The notes below the pieces were generated by a model. It worked only from the letters and a program-made list of their open reading frames with translations. It did no database searches and had not been told where the DNA came from. The position numbers and the translations under genes were made by a program. From positions 4,732,555-4,796,554 of the forward strand of contig OY781097.1 of assembly GCA_963676415.1 (NCBI GenBank): a DNA stretch of 64,000 bases, in the 5' to 3' direction. Of the stretch, positions 19,553 to 28,368 are shown in pieces. Every line of letters starts with the position of its first letter. Position 1 is the first letter of the stretch. The stretch comes from Bacteroidales bacterium (GTDB lineage Bacteria; Bacteroidota; Bacteroidia; Bacteroidales; WRLA01).

Positions 19553-20066
19553 TCAACCCTTTCTTTTTAAAATATTCTTCCTTCAATCTTAAGGCATTAA
19601 TAATCTCACGTTTAGGAGTTTTTCTGCTCTTTTTTTGAAACCCTTGAAACAGAATCACAAGTTTTCCTTCATCAAAGCAACTAAAAATCCGATAACTATT
19701 ATTCCCTTTGCTAATCCGAATTTCATACAATCCTTGTGTTCCTTCAATGTGTTTTAAAAACCTTTGCGAAATCCTATCCACTGTTCTTACAATCTTAACC
19801 TGCTTTATTCATGAAATTTCGTCATGAGCGTTCAAACCGCAATAAGAGAAAGGAAGCGCAGGTTTTTGGCGCACAGGAATAGCCGTAGCTATTTTGAGCA
19901 CCAAAAAGATAGCATTCCTTTCTATTGCAGCGGTTTGGTCGCGTAATAGAATATTTTGTGAATAATGCAGGTTAAAGACATACTCAATTTTTTCCTGAGT
20001 CTGCTCATCAAGAGTAAGATAAAAGTCAATAAAATAATTCTCATAAAAACAGATCTCCCTAAGCAT
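19536..20066 (-). pseudogene. RelE/ParE-superfamily (phage Gp49-like) toxin gene interrupted by a MITE
   Basis: The N-terminal part MLREICFYENYFIDFYLTLDEQTQEKIEYVF (20066 downward) and the C-terminal part KIVRTVDRISQRFLKHIEGTQGLYEIRISKGNNSYRIFSCFDEGKLVILFQGFQKKSRKTP are in the same frame. They are separated by a 173-bp element plus a 4-bp duplication (177 nt), and the element contains a TGA. Confidence 0.75.
19799..19971. mobile_element. 173-bp MITE with imperfect terminal inverted repeats and a TTAA target duplication
   Basis: The ends CCTGCTTTATTCATGAAATTTCG (19799 onward) and CCTGCATTATTCACAAAATATTC (reverse complement of the other end) match at 12 of the first 13 positions. It is flanked by TTAA at 19795-19798 and 19972-19975. 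A second copy lies at 63861-63996. Confidence 0.75.
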
Positions 20067-20102
20067 ACCACAAAGTTAACAAATTTGTTAACTATATCAA
20101 AG

Positions 20103-20136
20103 AAAAAAAACCTGCTCCAAATTTTGTTGAGCAGGT
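20103..20136 (-). terminator. Hairpin terminator just downstream of cysH, located inside the inserted cassette
   Basis: CCTGCTC...GAGCAGG stem flanked by an A-run and a T-run, so it could act in both directions. On the minus strand it follows the cysH stop by ~25 nt. Confidence 0.6.
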
Positions 20137-20158
20137 TTTCAGGAATATTTTGAAAATC

Positions 20159-20250
20159 TTTTATCGCGCATGCAATCCACATTCTTTCAATTCGGGGTTT
20201 TCCCACCACCACCTTCCGGCGCGGACATCCTCTCCGGGTTCAATGGCACG
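20159..20250 (-). repeat. Right copy of the 92-bp direct repeat (functional cysH 3' end)
   Basis: See 19126-19217. Confidence 0.9.
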
Positions 20251-20862
20251 GGTGCAGGGCTGGCAGCCAATGCTCGGAAAACCTTTGTCGTGCAAGCGGT
20301 GATAAGGCACATTATTTTCGTGTATGTAATCCCAAACATCTTCTTCTGACCAATCGATCAGCGGATTGAACTTTACAAGGCCGTTGTTTTCGTCCCATTC
20401 GATCATCTGTCCGTTGGTACGTGTAACCGACTGGCTGCGGCGCAAACCGGTAATCCAAACATCCAAAGAAGATAAGGCACGCTGCAAAGGCTCAATCTTG
20501 CGGATATGACAACAAAGTTTCCGGTTTTCCACGCTATCGTAAAAGAGGTTGATCCCTTTGGTGTTCACCATTTCTTCAATGCGCTTGTAATCCGGGAACA
20601 TCACCCGGATATTGATACCATAACGGCTGTTTGTTCGTTGAATCAGATCATAGGTCTCCGGGAAGACCCTCCCTGTATCGAGGGTAAAAATATCAGCATT
20701 TTTATCTGCAGTAAGCACCATATCGGTTAAAACCTGATCTTCGGCACCCATGCTCGATGACAATGCAATTTTTCCCTTAAAACGCTCATGCATTACCTTG
20801 ATGACCTTTTCAGGAGCTTGACCACGAAACTCTTTGTTCAGTTCTTCTGCTATCTCTTTCAT
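20161..20862 (-). CDS. cysH: Phosphoadenylyl/adenylyl-sulfate reductase (thioredoxin-dependent)
   Basis: PAPS-reductase fold with the C-terminal KECGLH motif, and a CC...CxxC-like cysteine set (LCCH, GCQPC) suggestive of the Fe-S APS-reductase type. Confidence 0.85.
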   Translation of the reverse strand: MKEIAEELNKEFRGQAPEKVIKVMHERFKGKIALSSSMGAEDQVLTDMVLTADKNADIFTLDTGRVFPETYDLIQRTNSRYGINIRVMFPDYKRIEEMVNTKGINLFYDSVENRKLCCHIRKIEPLQRALSSLDVWITGLRRSQSVTRTNGQMIEWDENNGLVKFNPLIDWSEEDVWDYIHENNVPYHRLHDKGFPSIGCQPCTRAIEPGEDVRAGRWWWENPELKECGLHAR

Positions 20863-20983
20863 CTATTTAATGTTCTTTTTTCAGATTTTACGCGGCAGCC
20901 TTCATCATTAAAAGACTGGCCTCCAACTATGTCCACGGCAGCGCATCAAACAAAACGCATAAACCTGCTCAAGGATTATTCGC

Positions 20984-21012
20984 CAAAAGTACAAAAAAGC
21001 TAATAATTCAAA
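20984..21012 (-). promoter_or_regulatory. Candidate Bacteroidetes sigma-A promoter for cysH
   Basis: On the minus strand, TTTG (21012-21009), a 17-nt spacer, then TACTTTTG (20991-20984), which matches the -7 consensus TAnnTTTG exactly. It lies ~120 nt upstream of the ATG. Confidence 0.35.
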
Positions 21013-21026
21013 TTTCGTAGAAACCC

Positions 21027-21626
21027 TTATTTTTTTACCTTTATGGTGCAGCCAATGGCTTTGGTAGTAGCCGGATCGGGCATTTCACCTTTTTCGATTG
21101 CGGCAATTGCGTTTTCGAGGAATTTTTCTTCTACTGCAGAAGCATCTTTATAATTATCATCAATGGCTCCGATATAGCGCACAATAAATTTTTTGCCTTC
21201 GTTCTGTATCAGGAAAATATGCGGTGTGCGTGTAGCTCCGTATTGCGGAAAAACTCTCTGGCCTTCGTCAAAAAGATAAGGAAAATCAAAGTCCTTTTCA
21301 TTAGCACGTTCCTGCATATTCTCAAAAGAATCTTCGGGCACTAATGCCGGGTCATTTGGATTGATGGCCACAACGGGATAGCCTTTGGGCGCATATTTAT
21401 CGTTCAGATCAATAATACGGTCTTCATAGGCAACCGCATACGGGCAATGGTTGCAGGTAAATATCAGGATGACGCCTTTTTCGCTGGTAAAATCATCAAG
21501 TGAAATCATTTTACCGTCGATATTTTTCAGTTTAAAACCGGGTGCTTCATCACCGGGAGAAAGTTGTGCCATGAGGGGAATGTTAAAAAAAACAGCCAGG
21601 ATAAAATTTAAGAATGTTGTCGTCAT
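21027..21626 (-). CDS. Thioredoxin-fold (AhpC/TSA/redoxin-like) secreted protein
   Basis: Signal peptide and a CNHCP CxxC motif. Confidence 0.7.
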   Translation of the reverse strand: MTTTFLNFILAVFFNIPLMAQLSPGDEAPGFKLKNIDGKMISLDDFTSEKGVILIFTCNHCPYAVAYEDRIIDLNDKYAPKGYPVVAINPNDPALVPEDSFENMQERANEKDFDFPYLFDEGQRVFPQYGATRTPHIFLIQNEGKKFIVRYIGAIDDNYKDASAVEEKFLENAIAAIEKGEMPDPATTKAIGCTIKVKK

Positions 21627-21636
21627 TGTTTTGAAT

Positions 21637-22140
21637 TTATGGTTTGATTAAATAATCCAGTTCGGTCATTAATTCCTCAAAATTAAAGCCCTGCTCATAA
21701 AACCGTCGCTGTTCAGCATTATAGATCAATGTGGCCGGAATGGCTCCGCTCCAGTTTTTGTTCACCTGATCAATCCAGATGTGTGCTTTTGGATCATCGA
21801 GCAAAACCACATGGCCATTGATTGGATTTTCTTTAAGGAATGGTTTTACGCGCTTCTCAATATGATGCGCAAAATCAAGGCTCACAAATAAAAACTGAAC
21901 AGGCTGGCCTTCCAAAAGTTCTGCTGCCTGATTGAATGCCGGCAATTCTTCCACACAAGGCTTGCACCATGTCGCCCAGAAATTCACGACATAAACTGTA
22001 TCGTTTTGTTGGTGCAGGAATGGTTTTAAGCCATCAAAATCAAGCACAGAAATTTTTTCCTGAGCAAAACTTTTGGCAGAAAAAATCATTAAAACGAAAA
22101 AAAATATAAGGCTGAGCTTCTTCATTTGATTGTTTTTCAA
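21637..22140 (-). CDS. TlpA-family thiol:disulfide oxidoreductase
   Basis: Signal peptide and the FWATWCKPC active-site motif. Confidence 0.8.
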   Translation of the reverse strand: MKNNQMKKLSLIFFFVLMIFSAKSFAQEKISVLDFDGLKPFLHQQNDTVYVVNFWATWCKPCVEELPAFNQAAELLEGQPVQFLFVSLDFAHHIEKRVKPFLKENPINGHVVLLDDPKAHIWIDQVNKNWSGAIPATLIYNAEQRRFYEQGFNFEELMTELDYLIKP

Positions 22141-22229
22141 TGAAGTAAACAGTCTAATCGGCTTTTTGTTGCCACCGGATTGTTAAGAAATACATAAAGC
22201 TTATGAAAAGTCAATAATGGAACCTCCAT

Positions 22230-23411
22230 CTATTTCTTTTCCCAGGCCGATTTCATTTGCCATGCACCATCCTTATCAGAGATTTGCGCTTCCCATTCCA
22301 TTTTCTTCATCCAGGCTTTTCCGGGAACCGGCGAATAACCTTCTTTGGGTTCGATTTCCAGATAGATGTTCCCGTCAATTTTTTCCAGTTCATATTCTCC
22401 TGCGATGATCCCACCGATTTCATCAACACCTAAAGTAAACCGACCCTCGACTCCAAGATCACCGGCAAGGCAGTTCAATTGTGGGATTGGCGGTGAAAAA
22501 CGGATACGCAGTTCATGGCCATCCTGCCGCCCGATCAATGATGTTATTTCATAAAAACCCTGATTTTCAATAATTTTTAACTCAAAACCCTGATCCGCTA
22601 TACCCCCTATATTAACCGGTATTTCTGCTAAAACGCCTTTAAAATTTTTGTTCCAGCTCAAAGAAACCATATCCATGCTGTACTTGGTTTGCAAGCCTTT
22701 AATTCCGTTGACCTTAACCGGAAGTTTGATCAATTCGGCCGGCTGGCCGTTAATGTCCACAGAAACTTTTTCCTCATCAGCAGCCACGAATCGAAAATGC
22801 TTCATAAAAACCAAAGTCATAAATTCCGGTTCTTTTGCTTCGCCTCCAATGGGTGCTAAGAGGGATGCCGGTTCCATTTGCGGGTTTTGCTCATCAACAT
22901 CCATAAGGATTTTATTTCCAAAACGATCTGTTAAGGATAAATGAATTTTCAGGCAGCCGTTCTTTTCTTCAAAACCATATTCAAAATCAGATGCCGTTAG
23001 CTCCACATCATTGAGTACCGGCGCATACATTTCATGGGTAAGTGCGAGATGCGGGCTGAAATAAATATCTGCTTTGCTTTCACCATCATAATACAAAATG
23101 ACCATGGCTCCCTCATTTCCATCCTTTTCAATAATCTGCAATTCAATAGAACGATAATTGGCCAAAGGCTTAAATTCCACCAGCATCAGGCGCTCAATAA
23201 CCCCGGCATCCCAGTTATTGGTATTCAAACGAAACGGGTTCAAAAGGACATCGCTTTTAGCCGCTCCATAAATACGAATATCATTTTGGCGGTTTCCCAG
23301 ATATTCATTTTCATCAACAACCGAATCCTTAAGCTGGATACAGGCCGCAAAACCCAAGAGAACCAAGAGCACAACAAACTGAACAACAATGAAGTGAAGC
23401 CTGTTTTTCAT
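22230..23411 (-). CDS. Hypothetical lipoprotein
   Basis: The N-terminus ends in LLGFAAC, a lipobox-like cysteine. No recognised domain. Confidence 0.55.
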   Translation of the reverse strand: MKNRLHFIVVQFVVLLVLLGFAACIQLKDSVVDENEYLGNRQNDIRIYGAAKSDVLLNPFRLNTNNWDAGVIERLMLVEFKPLANYRSIELQIIEKDGNEGAMVILYYDGESKADIYFSPHLALTHEMYAPVLNDVELTASDFEYGFEEKNGCLKIHLSLTDRFGNKILMDVDEQNPQMEPASLLAPIGGEAKEPEFMTLVFMKHFRFVAADEEKVSVDINGQPAELIKLPVKVNGIKGLQTKYSMDMVSLSWNKNFKGVLAEIPVNIGGIADQGFELKIIENQGFYEITSLIGRQDGHELRIRFSPPIPQLNCLAGDLGVEGRFTLGVDEIGGIIAGEYELEKIDGNIYLEIEPKEGYSPVPGKAWMKKMEWEAQISDKDGAWQMKSAWEKK

Positions 23412-23518
23412 AATTTACTTTGATTTGCTTTGAGCATCAAATATAGGAATTCAGAAGAAAACAGCATAAAAAAAGGGAATACCAAAGCATTCCCTTTTTT
23501 CAATATTTTAAACCAATT

Positions 23519-25672
23519 TTATTTCAGATTATCATTCATATGATCCGTAATTTTTTGGATCAGATGAGCACGGTCTTTGCCGCGCACGTTATGTTCGTGT
23601 CCGGGATAAATGAAATAATCCAGCTGTATTCCTTTTTCGATACACGCCTGTATGAAACTGAGGCTGTTTTGCCACACCACAACCGGGTCGGTAGTACAGT
23701 GCATCACCAGAAGATCGGTTTTCAGTTCACCGGCTTTATCGCTTAGACGAGCCTGATCATATCCTTCCGGATTTTCTTCAGGCGTATCCATATAGCGTTC
23801 ACCATACATAATTTCATAGTATTTCCAATCGATTACCGGGCCGCCACAACTGGCTGCTTTAAACACATCCGGATGGTTCAGCACCATGCTGATTGTCATA
23901 AAACCACCATAGCTCCAGCCATCTATTCCCATACGGTCGGCATCAATAAAATCAAGGCTTTTGAGGTACTCTACACCTACCATCTGATCCTTCATTTCCT
24001 GCTGGCCCAGATTACGGTGAATCATGCTTTCAAATTCAAAGCCACGGTTTGCTGTTCCGTGATTATCCAGTGTAAACACTACATAACCTTGCTGTGCCAT
24101 ATAATTTAAGAAGATGCCTGCTCCGCCCAGCCAGGTATCATTAACCAGCTGCGAATGAGGCCCACCATAAACATAAAGGAAAACCGGATACTTTTTGCCT
24201 TCTTCAAAATCAGCAGGTTTAATCAAACGGTAATACAAATCATCGCCATTATCGGCTTTGAGTGTTGCTATTTCCATTTCGCCCAGTTTATAATCCTCAA
24301 GCGGATTGGGTGCAGTAAGGATGTTCTGAACGATTTTTCCTTTGTTGCTCAGCACATTAATTATGCGTGGAACATCTGTACTGCTATATGAATCAATCAA
24401 ATATTTCCCAGAGTATGCCACCTGTGCCGAATGCGTACCATGTGCTTGTGTCAGTTTCTCAAGGCTTCCTTTTTTGATATTGAGCTTATAAATCTGTTGC
24501 TGAATCGGGCTGTCTTTTGTAGTGGCAATGAATAAATTCTCGCCTTTGGCATCCTGGCCGGCAATTTCCGTAACCACCCATTCACCTGTTGTCAGCTGCT
24601 TTTTCAGTTCACCTTCCTGGTTGTAAAGGTAAAGATGATTGTAGCCATTGCGCTCGCTGAACCACACAAAATCTTTTGCTTTATTGTTCAGGAAATAGGG
24701 TCCGTGCTCGGGTTCCACCCATGTTTCGGCTTTTTCCTCGAAAAGGGTATTTACCAATGCACCGCTTACCGCATCATAACGGTTTAGCTTCAGATGATCC
24801 TGACCACGGTTCAAAACCGCAATATAGATATATTTTCCATCGGGCGACCATGTAATATTGGTCAGATACTGTTCTTTGGGTTCTCCGGTTTTTAAGTAAA
24901 CCGTTTTTGCAGTGGCCACATCGTACACGCCTAAAGTCACCTGATGGCTTTTCATGCCCGCCATGGGATAGCGAATAGGTTTTTCTTCGGCAATACGGGT
25001 TGTAATATCTACCAGCGGATATTCAGCTACCATGCTTTCGTCCATACGGTAAAAAGCCAGTTTCTGTCCATTGGGCGACCAGAAGGTTCCTTTTGTAATA
25101 CCAAATTCATTACGGTGCACATCGCTGTGGCCATAAACAACGCCTTTGTTATCATCATTGCTTACGGCAAATTCTTCCCCGTCTTTTGATATAAAAAGGT
25201 TGTTTTCGCGCGTAAAAGCCGCAATATATGATTTCGGTGAAACATCAACATTTTCTACATCCTCAGGCCATGAGTTCAACTTTTCCATCTGATTGTTCTC
25301 CAGGTCATAAAGCATCACACTGTTGTTGGCTGTCAGGCGTGCATGTTTGATATCGTTCCAGCGGACACCGGCAATATAGCGCAGGGAATCCAGGCCGGCT
25401 TTGTTCAGCGCGCTGTTTACATCGTCCAAAGTAAAAAGCGTATCGCGGCTCTCTCTTTTAGCTGTACCTTTTATAATTGCGCTGTAATTGGAAGCCAGGT
25501 AAGTAAAATTATCCGATTCGGCCTGCCATTGCAGATTAGGCAAACGCTCAGGATAGAGCGAATAGTTCAGAAATGCGGCATCCGCTGCCGTAAAAACTTT
25601 GTCCTGCGCCATACCTGCGATACTCAGGAATGATAGCAGGAGCGCAAATGATAGTGCACGTAAAATATTCAT
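23519..25672 (-). CDS. S9-family serine peptidase, dipeptidyl-peptidase IV-like
   Basis: 717 aa with a signal peptide, a long beta-propeller-type N-terminal region, the GWSYGG nucleophile motif, and a C-terminal D/H region (HCTTDPVV, YPGHEH). Confidence 0.85.
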   Translation of the reverse strand: MNILRALSFALLLSFLSIAGMAQDKVFTAADAAFLNYSLYPERLPNLQWQAESDNFTYLASNYSAIIKGTAKRESRDTLFTLDDVNSALNKAGLDSLRYIAGVRWNDIKHARLTANNSVMLYDLENNQMEKLNSWPEDVENVDVSPKSYIAAFTRENNLFISKDGEEFAVSNDDNKGVVYGHSDVHRNEFGITKGTFWSPNGQKLAFYRMDESMVAEYPLVDITTRIAEEKPIRYPMAGMKSHQVTLGVYDVATAKTVYLKTGEPKEQYLTNITWSPDGKYIYIAVLNRGQDHLKLNRYDAVSGALVNTLFEEKAETWVEPEHGPYFLNNKAKDFVWFSERNGYNHLYLYNQEGELKKQLTTGEWVVTEIAGQDAKGENLFIATTKDSPIQQQIYKLNIKKGSLEKLTQAHGTHSAQVAYSGKYLIDSYSSTDVPRIINVLSNKGKIVQNILTAPNPLEDYKLGEMEIATLKADNGDDLYYRLIKPADFEEGKKYPVFLYVYGGPHSQLVNDTWLGGAGIFLNYMAQQGYVVFTLDNHGTANRGFEFESMIHRNLGQQEMKDQMVGVEYLKSLDFIDADRMGIDGWSYGGFMTISMVLNHPDVFKAASCGGPVIDWKYYEIMYGERYMDTPEENPEGYDQARLSDKAGELKTDLLVMHCTTDPVVVWQNSLSFIQACIEKGIQLDYFIYPGHEHNVRGKDRAHLIQKITDHMNDNLK

Positions 25673-25689
25673 ATTAAATTATTTGGGGT

Positions 25690-26664
25690 TTAAAAATTTC
25701 GTTCAATCAATTTGTTGGCAAAAGCGCGGAGGATTGCTTTCCGCCCATTGGGCTGATGGATATCGTCAAGCTCTTGCAAAGCCTTTTTGTGGTATATCAG
25801 CATTTCATTTTTTGTAATCCGATCAATGCCCAGTTCTAAAAATAATCCGGTAACGGCAGGCACTTTTTCTTCGCCTTCAAAATCATCAGCAGAATAATAT
25901 TGTTCCAGTTTTTTTCTTTGATCTTCATTGGCCAATTGCAAGGCGCTCAGGTAGAGAAAGGTTTTTTTATTGGTCATGATGTCGTTTCCGGGGCGCTTGC
26001 CGAAGGTTTTTTCATCACCAAAAGTATCGAGATAATCATCCATCAACTGAAAAGCCAGGCCGGTATTGATTCCAAAGCGGTAAATTGCCTCGGCATTTTC
26101 TTCGGATGCATTTGCCACCATGGCACCTATTTTCAGGCTTGCCGCCAGCAAAACGGCCGTTTTCAGGCGGATCATCTCCATATAATCTGCTACGGCAACA
26201 TCATCCATTCTCTCAAAATCCATATCCAGTTGCTGGCCTTCACAAACCTCAATCGCGGTTTTATTAAAGGTTTTCATGATATCCGCAGCTGCATAATGGT
26301 CTAAGCTCAGAAAATGCTGATAAGCCAATGCAAACATCACATCACCGGAAAGGATTGCGGTATTGGCATCCCACTTTCGGTAAACTGTTGTTTTTCCCCT
26401 GCGCACCGGCGATTGATCAAGGATATCATCGTGCACCAGGGTGAAATTATGAAAAGTCTCCAATCCCAATGCCGCGGGCAAAGCTGCTGAAGGCTCACCA
26501 CGGAAAAGATCGCAGGCAGCCAGCATCAGCACAGGACGTATGCGTTTCCCGCCCTGCTGCATGGTATAGTCAATTGGTTCGTAGAGGTTTTTGGGCTCCT
26601 GCAGGAAGATGGCTCTTTCGAGTTCCTTCTGAAAAAGATTGCGTAATTCATCAAGTGTGTACAT
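25690..26664 (-). CDS. Polyprenyl diphosphate synthase (trans-isoprenyl type)
   Basis: First and second Asp-rich motifs: LVHDDILD and MDDYLD. Confidence 0.85.
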   Translation of the reverse strand: MYTLDELRNLFQKELERAIFLQEPKNLYEPIDYTMQQGGKRIRPVLMLAACDLFRGEPSAALPAALGLETFHNFTLVHDDILDQSPVRRGKTTVYRKWDANTAILSGDVMFALAYQHFLSLDHYAAADIMKTFNKTAIEVCEGQQLDMDFERMDDVAVADYMEMIRLKTAVLLAASLKIGAMVANASEENAEAIYRFGINTGLAFQLMDDYLDTFGDEKTFGKRPGNDIMTNKKTFLYLSALQLANEDQRKKLEQYYSADDFEGEEKVPAVTGLFLELGIDRITKNEMLIYHKKALQELDDIHQPNGRKAILRAFANKLIERNF

Positions 26665-26890
26665 GTTGCGAAATTATAAAATATGAGTTATAAAATCCGG
26701 AAAATCTTTTTGAAATGGGTCTGCATTAACAATCCATGATCTTTGGCAAGGACAAATTTATGGATGACAATCCAATTTCCAAAGCCAAGTGATTTGCATT
26801 GCAGCGGGAGTCACAAGGATTCAACGAATGCGAACATTTTTTGGAGAGTGAAAGTTTTGCGTTACTTTCGTAAGCTCAAATGTGCAGTTT

Positions 26891-27685
26891 ATGATGACAA
26901 GTAGTATCGTATGGGATCCGGATCCTGCTATTTTCTCGATTTTCGGACATGAAGTCCGCTGGTATGGTTTACTTTTTGCTTTGGCTTTTGTAGCTGGTTA
27001 TCAAATCATGACATGGATTTACAAAAGCGAAAAGCGCAATTTAAAAGAGCTCGATAAGCTGGCCACTTATGTCATTGTGGGTACTGTTATTGGAGCGAGG
27101 CTGGGTCATTGCCTATTTTATGAGCCCTCCTATTATCTGAGCAATCCCATTAAAATACTTTTTATTTGGGAAGGCGGCCTTGCCAGTCATGGTGCAGCGA
27201 TTGGAATCCTGATTTCACTTTGGCTTTATGCACGCAAAACGGACTGGAATTACCTAAGCCTGGTTGACCGACTGGTTGTGCCCGTTGCTCTTGGAGGCGC
27301 TTTTATCCGCTTGGGCAACCTGATGAACAGTGAAATTATCGGCAGTCCAACGGATATGCCCTGGGGTTTTGTATTTCCATCGGCTATTTATCCGGGCGAC
27401 CTCACACTGGCGCGCCATCCGGCACAGCTTTATGAAGCACTCTGCTATTTTGCCATCTTTGGAATTTTGTTCCTGATCTACAAAAAATATAAAACCCAAA
27501 CTCCACAGGGGCTGATACTCGGCTGGTTTCTGATTTTGGTTTTTGGCGTACGCATACTGATTGAGTTTGTGAAAGAAAACCAGGTTGCTTTTGAAGCCGG
27601 CTTGCCCCTAAATATGGGACAACTGTTGAGTATTCCTTTTGTTTTGGCCGGGATAATTTTCGTGCTACGGAGTATAAAAAGCTGA
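26891..27685 (+). CDS. lgt: Prolipoprotein diacylglyceryl transferase
   Basis: The Lgt family pattern (RWYGLLFALAF, GARLGHC, EGGLASHGAAIG, RLGNLMN.E..G, HPAQLYE) runs throughout. The ATG at 26891 is preferred to the GTG at 26882. Confidence 0.85.
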   Translation: MMTSSIVWDPDPAIFSIFGHEVRWYGLLFALAFVAGYQIMTWIYKSEKRNLKELDKLATYVIVGTVIGARLGHCLFYEPSYYLSNPIKILFIWEGGLASHGAAIGILISLWLYARKTDWNYLSLVDRLVVPVALGGAFIRLGNLMNSEIIGSPTDMPWGFVFPSAIYPGDLTLARHPAQLYEALCYFAIFGILFLIYKKYKTQTPQGLILGWFLILVFGVRILIEFVKENQVAFEAGLPLNMGQLLSIPFVLAGIIFVLRSIKS

Positions 27686-27830
27686 TGATCGCCATTATAA
27701 GCGAAAATCCGGTTTATTATAACATCGGACAGTTCGTAAGTATTGGAACTCTGGCAGCTCAAATAAACCAAGCTTTGGAAAGCTGCGCGGGTTTAAGCTG
27801 AATAACTTGATATTCAATAATCAAAAAAAA

Positions 27831-27862
27831 GGAGGCATTGACCAGATGCCTCCTGTACTTTT
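27831..27862 (+). terminator. Hairpin terminator downstream of lgt
   Basis: GGAGGCAT-N7-ATGCCTCC followed by a T-rich tract, ~145 nt after the lgt stop. Confidence 0.5.
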
Positions 27863-28368
27863 AAAACCAAAAAACAATGTTAATTTACTGCATTATATCT
27901 TATTAAATTTATGGCAGTAGAAAAACATATTATCTGCCACAAAGAAACGAAGATTACAATTCACAAAAAAAAACGGGCTGAAAAGCATGGATTACGGAAT
28001 GAAATGCCGGTATTTTGGAATTATCGTTAAAAGCACGAAAAAAAACGGTAAAGCTTTCCGCCATTTTTCAGGAATCACAATATTTATCCAAGTGTCATTG
28101 GCTGTTTAAATAAAAAAAATTTATCGCCTTTGAATCCATCCGATCTTCTATAACAAATATATATAGCTACAAATGTGGTCATTATAATGTTATTTATACT
28201 TAGTTTAAATTATTTTCTATTATTACCACTTAAATATTAAATTTATATATATTCTCAGATAGGCGGTCATTTTTTAAATATCACACAAAAAAATAGCCAG
28301 GTACACTAATGGCATACATAAAAAAAGGGAGCTGTTTAGCCCCCTTAATAAAAATTCACAAAGTAGTT

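Noticed and set aside
19809-20066. 85-aa ORF that could be taken as an intact small gene.
   Set aside because: Only its first ~31 residues are toxin-like. The remainder is read-through into the MITE and ends at a TGA inside the element.
20863-20983. Possible riboswitch (SAM-type) in the ~120-nt cysH leader, prompted by GAUGAAGGCUGCCG and GGAGGCCAGUC strings.
   Set aside because: I could not draw a consistent multi-stem fold or the conserved SAM-I/SAM-II core. The CGGCAGC strings are direct repeats, not inverted ones. A cmscan would settle it.
27686-28368. ~680-bp ORF-free, very AT-rich spacer between lgt and the end of infB.
   Set aside because: Apart from one terminator hairpin I found no repeats, conserved motif or ORF. 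It may hold a small RNA or promoter-less junk, but nothing in the sequence supports a specific call.
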